Part shown: positions 57,287 through 64,000 of the stretch, piece after piece | How positions within the stretch are numbered: position 1 is the stretch's first letter | Layout of the letters: each line of letters opens with the position of its first letter | NCBI GenBank assembly: GCA_964592375.1 | Contig: CAZQDP010000004.1 | Coordinates: 7,043-71,042 of the forward strand | Direction: 5' to 3' | Length of the DNA: 64,000 nucleotides | Source of the DNA: an uncultured Eubacteriales bacterium | GTDB lineage: Bacteria > Bacillota > Clostridia > RUG12999 | Position numbers and translations under genes: made by a program | The notes under the pieces: model-generated | The model's database searches: none | What the model was told of the DNA's origin: nothing | What the model saw: the letters and a program-made list of their open reading frames with translations, nothing else

Positions 57287-58657
57287 ATGGATAATCAATC
57301 GAAAATGAGTCAGGGGAAAATCATACCCTTGGTGGTTAAATTTTCAGTACCTGCCATCATTGGGATGTTTGTTAATGCACTATACAACGTGGTGGATAGA
57401 ATATTTATCGGAAAAGGGGTCGGCGAGCAGGCGATTGCCGGAATTACAGCCGCATTTCCTATGATGCAGGCGATATTGGCACTTTCCATTTTTATTGGTG
57501 TTGGCACTTCGGTGCTTGTGGCAATCAAAATGGGGGAAATGGATAAGGAAGGCGCTCAGAGAGTCCTTTCGAATTCGCTCATTCTCATCATTGGCGCTTC
57601 TATACTGACAACGCTATTTGGCTTATTGTTCTTAGATCCGCTGCTTGTGTTTTTTGGTGCAGTACCTTCCATCATGGGATATGCAAGAGATTATTTGTAT
57701 ATTATTATATTAGGCTCCGTATTTAGCTATCTATCTATCGGACTGAACAATACCATTCGGGCCACAGGATCTCCCAATATTGCCATGTATACGATGCTCA
57801 TCGGTGCCATTATCAATGTCATTTTAGATTATGTATTTATTATGATTTTTCATTGGGGAATAAAGGGCGCGGCGATAGCCACCATTATCGGGCAGGGAGC
57901 ATCGGGGATTTGGGTGCTTTGGCATTTTATCAAACCTGCCGCAGTCCTCAGAATACACCTGAAGAATATCATGCAAAGGTTCTGCCGTCATACAATGATT
58001 GATATTGTAGAATCGGGATCTGCACAAGGCATTATGCAGCTCATGGCCGTTGTTACCATGACGGTGATGAATTATAGCTTAAAAACCTATGGCAACGAAA
58101 TGAATTATGCCGCATGTGGCATATTCAATAGCATATCATTGCTTATTTTTCTACCGGTACTTGGCGTAAATCAAGGCTGCCAGCCGCTCATTGGGTATCA
58201 CTTTGGGGCAAAAAGCTATCGGCGCATGAAGAAGTTTTATATTGCCGCCATTGTATTTTCTACAGCCGTCATTACCGTGGGGTTTGCAATTGTTTGGGCG
58301 TTTGCGCCTGCTATGGTGAAAATGTTTGTGCAAAGTAGCAATCATTCAAATGAACTGATTGATTTTACCGTTAAATGGGTCAAAGTCGGCACTTTACTTT
58401 TCCCACTTTTGGGTTTTCAAGTGGTTACGGCAGGATTTTTTCAAGCGATGAAGAAAAAGGTTGCTTCCTTGGTATTATCATTATCACGACAAACCTTATT
58501 TTTCATTCCTGCAATACTTGTTATTCCTAAGATTTACGGTATTGAAGGGATTATGTATGCCCAGCCGGTGTCGGATGCATTGGCGGTTGTTGTGTCTCTT
58601 GTTATCGCTGTTACGGCGATTGAGAATATAAATCAATTAATGGATGTGAAATCGTAG
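57287..58657 (+). CDS. MATE family efflux transporter
   Basis: 456 aa with 12 predicted TM helices. N-terminus GKIIPLVVKFSVPAIIGMFVNALYNVVDRIFIG, typical of the MATE/NorM family. Confidence 0.88.
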   Translation: MDNQSKMSQGKIIPLVVKFSVPAIIGMFVNALYNVVDRIFIGKGVGEQAIAGITAAFPMMQAILALSIFIGVGTSVLVAIKMGEMDKEGAQRVLSNSLILIIGASILTTLFGLLFLDPLLVFFGAVPSIMGYARDYLYIIILGSVFSYLSIGLNNTIRATGSPNIAMYTMLIGAIINVILDYVFIMIFHWGIKGAAIATIIGQGASGIWVLWHFIKPAAVLRIHLKNIMQRFCRHTMIDIVESGSAQGIMQLMAVVTMTVMNYSLKTYGNEMNYAACGIFNSISLLIFLPVLGVNQGCQPLIGYHFGAKSYRRMKKFYIAAIVFSTAVITVGFAIVWAFAPAMVKMFVQSSNHSNELIDFTVKWVKVGTLLFPLLGFQVVTAGFFQAMKKKVASLVLSLSRQTLFFIPAILVIPKIYGIEGIMYAQPVSDALAVVVSLVIAVTAIENINQLMDVKS

Positions 58658-58662
58658 TGAAT

Positions 58663-59865
58663 ATGAATAAAATACACACCCCGGAAGGCACGGGGGATCT
58701 TATCGGAAGTGAATATAGTACCAAAAGGCATATTGAAAGGGCTTTTGAGCATCGGTTTGCGCTTTATGGATATCTGCCGGTACAAAGTCCAACTTTTGAA
58801 TTTTTGGATGTGTTTGAAAATACACAAGGCGCATCCGAGGGTATGATAAAATTCTTTGATGCCAAGGGAAGGATTTTAGCACTCCGGCCCGATTATACAC
58901 CGGCAATTGCCAGAATGGCGGCAACAAGGCTATCTGGTCAGCCGATGCCCCTTCGGCTGAGCTACATAGGAAAAGCATATAGCAACGATGAAGCTTATGC
59001 GGATTTCAAACAAAAAGAATTTTCACAGGCTGGTATTGAATGTATTGGAGATGACAGTGCGATTGCAGATGCAGAGGTCATCGCCATGACCGTGGAATGC
59101 CTGAAGGAAGTCGGCCTTCGTGATTTTCAAATTGAAATCGGTCATGCAGATTTTTTTAGTGGTATTGCGCGACAGTGCGGTCTTAGCGAGGCGGATATTC
59201 AAATACTTCGCAGTTATTTGTATCGCAAGGATTCTTTTGGCATTGAGCGTTTGCTTGAAAAAAATGGCATATCAGGTGATTTATATAAGTTAATCACTGC
59301 ACTTCCGACACTTTTTGGGGAAATTGATGTTTTGGAAAAAGCAAAATATCCACAGCTGAATGAAACCTCCCTGCATGCACTCATGCAGCTATCACACCTT
59401 TATCAGATTTTGACTGAATATGGCGTGGAAAACTATATTTCCATTGATTTGGGGCTCACTAATCAGCATGAATACTACACAGGAGCTATTTTTAAGGGCT
59501 TTGCTAGAAATGTTGGTTTTTCCATTTGCGCCGGAGGCAGATATGATACGCTTCTGCAACAGTATGGCAAGGGCAGTCCTGCAGTCGGCATGGCACTATA
59601 TACGGATAGAATTTTAGCGGCACTCATCAGGAGCGGCAGTGAAGTGGCGCCCATTGGTCCTGAAACGATTATATGCTTTTCAGAAGATTGTAGACAAAAA
59701 GCCATTGATTGTGCAAAGAAGCTTCGTGCTTGCGGAACAAAAACTGCACTGATGCACGATGTAGATTTATCGGAAGCAAAAAGTCGCGGTGCGAAGCGTT
59801 TGATACTGATCACTGAAAATGCACAGGATTGTATCGACTGTGAAGGGGAGGCGGATTGCACTTGA
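58663..59865 (+). CDS. hisZ: ATP phosphoribosyltransferase regulatory subunit
   Basis: HisRS-like catalytic core without an anticodon-binding function ([24 protein letters not shown]). It is followed by a short-form hisG. Confidence 0.88.
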   Translation: MNKIHTPEGTGDLIGSEYSTKRHIERAFEHRFALYGYLPVQSPTFEFLDVFENTQGASEGMIKFFDAKGRILALRPDYTPAIARMAATRLSGQPMPLRLSYIGKAYSNDEAYADFKQKEFSQAGIECIGDDSAIADAEVIAMTVECLKEVGLRDFQIEIGHADFFSGIARQCGLSEADIQILRSYLYRKDSFGIERLLEKNGISGDLYKLITALPTLFGEIDVLEKAKYPQLNETSLHALMQLSHLYQILTEYGVENYISIDLGLTNQHEYYTGAIFKGFARNVGFSICAGGRYDTLLQQYGKGSPAVGMALYTDRILAALIRSGSEVAPIGPETIICFSEDCRQKAIDCAKKLRACGTKTALMHDVDLSEAKSRGAKRLILITENAQDCIDCEGEADCT

Positions 59866-60512
59866 GATATTTAACAGTTGCGCTTGCCAAGGGACGTCTA
59901 GCGGAACAAGCGGTCCAAATATTTGAAGAAATCGGCTTTGATTGTTCTGAAATGAAAGAAAAATCCAGAAAGCTCATTTTCACCAATGAAGAGATGAAAT
60001 TTAAGTTTATTTTGGTCAAAGCCTCCGATGTACCCATTTATGTGGAATATGGTGCGGCAGATATGGGGATTGTGGGGCGTGATACCATATTAGAAGAGGG
60101 TAGAAATTTATATGAAACGGTAGACTTAAAATTTGGTGCTTGTAAAATGGCAGTTTGCGGGCCTGCTCATATGAAAGATAAGCTAGATAGCAGTTATAAC
60201 TTAAGGGTTGCTACCAAGTATCCGAGCATTGCTCGTGAATACTTTCACAACGTAAAGGGAAGAGACATTGAAATTATTCCACTGAGCGGTTCTGTGGAGC
60301 TTGCGCCTTTGGTAGGGCTCTCGGAGGTCATTGTGGATATCGTGGAGAGCGGCAAAACGCTCAAAGAAAACGGCCTGGATGTACTGGAGGATATTTGCTC
60401 GCTTAGTGCATGGCTTGTTGTAAACCGTGTGAGCATGAAGCTAGAGAGAGAGAGAATTATGCAGGTTGTCAGCAAAATGAAAGCATATATGAAAGCTGTG
60501 GAAAATCAATGA
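59856..60512 (+). CDS. hisG: ATP phosphoribosyltransferase, short form
   Basis: [10 protein letters not shown]..., [18 protein letters not shown]. About 216 aa with no C-terminal regulatory domain. TTG at 59856 or 59862. Confidence 0.92.
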   Translation: MHLRYLTVALAKGRLAEQAVQIFEEIGFDCSEMKEKSRKLIFTNEEMKFKFILVKASDVPIYVEYGAADMGIVGRDTILEEGRNLYETVDLKFGACKMAVCGPAHMKDKLDSSYNLRVATKYPSIAREYFHNVKGRDIEIIPLSGSVELAPLVGLSEVIVDIVESGKTLKENGLDVLEDICSLSAWLVVNRVSMKLERERIMQVVSKMKAYMKAVENQ

Positions 60513-61111
60513 TAGCAATACTTGATTATGGCGCAGGAAACTTAATGAGCATGCAAAAAGCGCTGGAATTCATTGGAGCAGAGGCTGAAATTACCGATGA
60601 GCTCGGCGTTGCACTTGGTGCAGATAAAATTGTCTTGCCCGGTGTTGGCGCATTCGGCGATGCCATGAGCAGTCTTTTGCGCAGTGGTCTGAGCGAAGCG
60701 GTTCTTCATGCATTTCAAAAGGAAAAACCCTTTCTGGGAATTTGCGCCGGATTACAGCTTTTATTTGAAAGCAGCAAAGAAAGCCCAGGAGTGCGCGGCC
60801 TTGGTATTTTAAGAGGCACCGTGGAAAAAATCCCAAGTTGCGGCCTCAAAATACCCCAGATGGGCTGGAATAGTCTGAATATTTTAAGGCCTTCAAGGCT
60901 TTTTAAAGGTATTTCTGAAGGGGATTTCGTGTATTTTGTTCATTCCTATTATCCTGTCCTTGCGGATAGAAACGATTCTATCGCAAGCGTTACATATGGC
61001 GAGGAGCTGGATATAGCGGTTGAAAAAGGCAATTTCTTTGCTACCCAGTTTCATCCCGAAAAAAGTGGTGATGTGGGACTTTGTATGCTTGAAAATTTTG
61101 TGAGGCTCTAA
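60509..61111 (+). CDS. hisH: imidazole glycerol phosphate synthase, glutaminase subunit
   Basis: [35 protein letters not shown] start/stop overlap with hisG. Confidence 0.95.
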   Translation: MIAILDYGAGNLMSMQKALEFIGAEAEITDELGVALGADKIVLPGVGAFGDAMSSLLRSGLSEAVLHAFQKEKPFLGICAGLQLLFESSKESPGVRGLGILRGTVEKIPSCGLKIPQMGWNSLNILRPSRLFKGISEGDFVYFVHSYYPVLADRNDSIASVTYGEELDIAVEKGNFFATQFHPEKSGDVGLCMLENFVRL

Positions 61112-61152
61112 TTTATATAAAAGATTATCATAAGAAGAGGAGACTTTGGATC

Positions 61153-61869
61153 ATGATTATATATCCCGCAATTGATATAAAGGATGGAAAATGTGTGCGT
61201 TTATTGCAGGGGCGTTTTGAGGATGTAACCGTATATGGCGATATGCCCTCACAAATGGCTTTGCAATGGAAAAACGGAGGCGCTGAGTATATCCATGTGG
61301 TGGATTTAGATGGAGCAAGGCAGGGAAATGCCGGCAACGCACAAGCCATTATGGAAATTGTAAAGGCGGCAGGGGATGTGCCTGTGCAACTGGGCGGGGG
61401 CATTCGTGATTTGGAAAAAGCGCACATGGCGCTGTCTCTTGGCGTTCGCAGAATAATCATCGGAACCGCAGCAGTTTCCAATGACGATTTTCTTGAAAAG
61501 CTGATCAGCAAATATGGCAATCGCATTGTGATAGGAATTGATGCTAAGGATGGCTTTGCGGCAACCCACGGTTGGGAGCAGGTCAGTGATATTCGTGCCA
61601 CAGAACTTGCAAAAAAAGCATGTGATTTAGGAGCCCAAACCATTATATATACCGATATTGCAACAGATGGTATGTTAACGGGTCCAAATGTAGAAGCCAT
61701 GGCAGAAATGGTAGCATGTATTCACGCAGACGTAATTGCCTCCGGTGGCGTTTCCGGCATGGAAGACATTGAGGCGTTAAAATCCACCGGCGTAAAAGGC
61801 GTGATTGTGGGAAAGGCGCTTTACAGTGGCAGGTTTACCTTATCCGATGCCATAAGAGCGGGAAAATAA
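61153..61869 (+). CDS. hisA: ProFAR isomerase
   Basis: MIIYPAIDIKDGKCVRL...VVDLDGA...GGGIR...IASGGV. Confidence 0.95.
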   Translation: MIIYPAIDIKDGKCVRLLQGRFEDVTVYGDMPSQMALQWKNGGAEYIHVVDLDGARQGNAGNAQAIMEIVKAAGDVPVQLGGGIRDLEKAHMALSLGVRRIIIGTAAVSNDDFLEKLISKYGNRIVIGIDAKDGFAATHGWEQVSDIRATELAKKACDLGAQTIIYTDIATDGMLTGPNVEAMAEMVACIHADVIASGGVSGMEDIEALKSTGVKGVIVGKALYSGRFTLSDAIRAGK

Positions 61870-61891
61870 AATTTTCGAAGGATTGTGAAAT

Positions 61892-62653
61892 ATGTTTGCA
61901 AAACGAATTATCCCTTGCCTTGATGTACATAATGGCAGAGTGGTAAAGGGTGTCAATTTCGTCAATTTAGTGGATGCGGGCGACCCGGTCGAAATTGCCG
62001 CGGTATATGATAAGGCGGGTGCGGATGAGCTTGTTTTTTTAGATATTACGGCAACCTCTGATGTAAGAAATATTATTGTGGATCTTGTGCGCAATGTGGC
62101 AAAACAGGTTTTTATTCCTTTTACTGTAGGTGGCGGCATACGTAGCGTAGAGGATTTTAGAATGCTACTTAGCGCCGGAGCAGATAAGGTATCGATCAAT
62201 TCCTCTGCCGTAAAAAACCCCACGCTGATTACTGAGGCCGCAATGAAATTCGGCAGTCAATGCGTGGTCGTTGCCATTGATGCAAAACGCAAAGAGGATG
62301 AGAGCGGCTGGGAGGTATATGTTGCCGGTGGCAGAAAGAATACCGGAATTGATGCACTGTGGTGGGCAAAAGAAGCACAAAGACTGGGCGCAGGTGAAAT
62401 TCTGCTTACCAGCATGGATTGTGACGGAACAAAGGCCGGCTATGATATTGCACTGACCAAAAGCGTTTCTAATAGTGTTAATATCCCTGTTATCGCGTCG
62501 GGTGGTGCCGGCACAATGGAGCATTTTTATGATGCATTTACAGATGGCAAGGCAGATGCGGCACTGGCCGCCTCGCTATTTCATTATAAGGAAATGGAAA
62601 TAATGGACCTAAAAAGATATCTTTCCGATAAAAATGTGGAGGTGCGTATCTAA
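61892..62653 (+). CDS. hisF: imidazole glycerol phosphate synthase, cyclase subunit
   Basis: [18 protein letters not shown]...[10 protein letters not shown]...GGGIRS...ASGGAG. Confidence 0.96.
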   Translation: MFAKRIIPCLDVHNGRVVKGVNFVNLVDAGDPVEIAAVYDKAGADELVFLDITATSDVRNIIVDLVRNVAKQVFIPFTVGGGIRSVEDFRMLLSAGADKVSINSSAVKNPTLITEAAMKFGSQCVVVAIDAKRKEDESGWEVYVAGGRKNTGIDALWWAKEAQRLGAGEILLTSMDCDGTKAGYDIALTKSVSNSVNIPVIASGGAGTMEHFYDAFTDGKADAALAASLFHYKEMEIMDLKRYLSDKNVEVRI

Positions 62654-62654
62654 A

Positions 62655-63278
62655 ATGGATATTCGATTTAATGAAAACGGACTTGTGCCTGCAGTGGTGC
62701 AGGACTATAAAACAAATCAAGTGTTGATGGTTGCATATATGAACAAGGAATCGCTATCGCAAACCATCACAAGCGGAAAAGCGGTGTTTTTTAGCCGTAG
62801 CAGGCAAGCGCTATGGTGCAAAGGAGAAACCTCCGGAAATTTTATGCATGTGAAAGAAATCAAGGTGGATTGTGATGAAGATTGCCTGCTGATTTTGGTT
62901 GATCCTGCAGGGCCTGCATGCCATACTGGGGAGGAAACTTGTTTCTATCGAAAACTGGAGGATGACACCTTGGTTCCAGCACCTACTCATGCTTCCTCAT
63001 CTGCCATTATGGAAGAGCTCTATGCTACCATTGTTAATCGTAAAGAACACCCAAAGGAAGGCTCCTACACAAATTATCTTTTTGAAAAAGGAATTGATAA
63101 AATCCTCAAAAAAGTGGGGGAGGAAACAGCAGAGGTCATCATTGGTGCAAAAAATCCAGGCAACGATGAAATAAGGTATGAAATCGCTGATTTAATGTAT
63201 CATCTCTCTGTTTTAATGGTAGAAAAGGATCTTTGCTGGGAAGAAGTATATAAAGAACTTGTCGCACGGCATAAATAA
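62655..63278 (+). CDS. hisIE: bifunctional phosphoribosyl-AMP cyclohydrolase / phosphoribosyl-ATP pyrophosphatase
   Basis: [22 protein letters not shown]...CDEDCLL...CHTGEETCF, then the HisE part [22 protein letters not shown]...DLMYHL. Confidence 0.93.
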   Translation: MDIRFNENGLVPAVVQDYKTNQVLMVAYMNKESLSQTITSGKAVFFSRSRQALWCKGETSGNFMHVKEIKVDCDEDCLLILVDPAGPACHTGEETCFYRKLEDDTLVPAPTHASSSAIMEELYATIVNRKEHPKEGSYTNYLFEKGIDKILKKVGEETAEVIIGAKNPGNDEIRYEIADLMYHLSVLMVEKDLCWEEVYKELVARHK

Positions 63279-63305
63279 AGACGAAGTCGTCTTTGAAATA
63301 AAGGA

Positions 63306-63755
63306 GTGATGGTTTTGGCAAGAATTCTAAGTAACCCCATATATGTTTGGCTTGCAATTGCGGTACTGCTGTTTGTCATTGAATCTGTCACGGTTAATCT
63401 TATCACCATTTGGTTTGCAATCGGATCATTATGTGCAATGGCCACAGCAATAGCGGGGGGGAATGGTTCACTGCAAATCGGAGTGTTTGCTGTTGTATCT
63501 GCAATTTTACTCATTTTAACAAGACCTTTTGTGGTGAAATTCGCCAGTAAACATCCCACCAATGCGGATATGATCATTGGTCAAGAGGCCATTGTGGTTG
63601 AGTGTATTCAAAATGTAGAAGGAAAAGGACAAATTGTGATACAAGGAAACACCTGGTCTGCCCGTTCAGAAAATCAAATGCCCATTGAAGAAGGTGCCAT
63701 CGTCATCATAAAAGAGATCGTTGGCGTAAAAGCAATCGTAACAAAAAAAGAGTAG
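63306..63755 (+). CDS. NfeD family membrane protein
   Basis: Three N-terminal TM helices plus a C-terminal OB-like domain (GKGQIVIQGNTWSARS...IVIIKEIVGVKAIV). It lies upstream of an SPFH gene. The start (GTG 63306, ATG 63309 or TTG 63315) is uncertain. Confidence 0.8.
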   Translation: MMVLARILSNPIYVWLAIAVLLFVIESVTVNLITIWFAIGSLCAMATAIAGGNGSLQIGVFAVVSAILLILTRPFVVKFASKHPTNADMIIGQEAIVVECIQNVEGKGQIVIQGNTWSARSENQMPIEEGAIVIIKEIVGVKAIVTKKE

Positions 63756-63767
63756 GAGGGAAAAAGT

Positions 63768-64000
63768 ATGCCACAATTATTGAGTTTCATTCTTTTGGCT
63801 TTAGCGGCACTCATTGTCATTTCCAACATTAAAATTGTACCACAGGCGTATGCATATGTTATTGAGAGGTTAGGCGCTTACTCAGCAACATGGTCCGTTG
63901 GTCTGCACTTTACAATTCCGTTTATTGAGAAGATATCTAAAAAAGTTTTGCTCAAGGAGCAGGTGGTAGATTTTGCGCCACAGCCTGTCATTACCAAGGA
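63768..64000 (+). CDS. SPFH/band-7 (stomatin-like) protein, 3' end outside window
   Basis: N-terminal TM helix followed by IKIVPQAYAYVIERLGAYSATWSVGLHFTIPFIE. Classic NfeD partner. Confidence 0.85.
   Translation, partial: MPQLLSFILLALAALIVISNIKIVPQAYAYVIERLGAYSATWSVGLHFTIPFIEKISKKVLLKEQVVDFAPQPVITK

Noticed and set aside
61128-61700. 190-aa minus-strand ORF inside hisA
   Set aside because: It is a shadow ORF opposite a well-supported hisA. It has no independent signals.
1-64000. Search for CRISPR arrays, IS elements, integrases, prophage or toxin-antitoxin/defence genes
   Set aside because: I found no short spaced direct repeats, no transposase-, recombinase- or Cas-like ORFs and no compositional break. 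The only sizeable DNA repeat is the in-gene 243-bp duplication.

Overview
This is a 64-kb chromosomal segment from a moderately AT-rich Gram-positive bacterium (Bacillota, Clostridia-like). SLH-domain proteins, T-box control of pheST, a hisZ plus short-hisG pair and a yybS-gdpP-rplI-dnaB block support that placement. About 54 genes are present and all but three (an M24 peptidase, a DUF4364-like gene and tRNA-Ser) lie on the + strand. Gene packing is very tight. Most of the window is housekeeping: pgsA (partial), T-box-pheS-pheT, rnj, smc-ftsY-UPF0182, rsmD-coaD, nrdR, pcrA, yybS-gdpP-rplI-dnaB-tilS-hpt-ftsH-secA-prfB, a MATE pump fused onto hisZ-hisG-hisH-hisA-hisF-hisIE, and NfeD/SPFH. I found no rRNA, CRISPR array, transposase, integrase or recognisable phage or defence genes. 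Five accessory islands deserve a second look. (1) A tandem pair of paralogous, cysteine-rich, leaderless proteins with no family I can name (13857-14921). (2) A HlyD/MacB-type exporter operon that continues straight into a large SLH wall-anchored protein, followed by a secreted protein with a near-identical 243-bp tandem duplication (24901-32191). (3) A three-gene operon of a TIM-barrel-like hypothetical, a cytoplasmic BNR/LamG protein and an ECF-S-like membrane protein (33413-36867). (4) An EbgC-like plus GH42-like pair (4316-6795). (5) A sugar-1-P nucleotidyltransferase fused to a phosphohexomutase domain whose four catalytic motifs all look degenerate (7022-9448). All functional calls come from reading the translated ORFs and motifs by eye. 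No database search was run.
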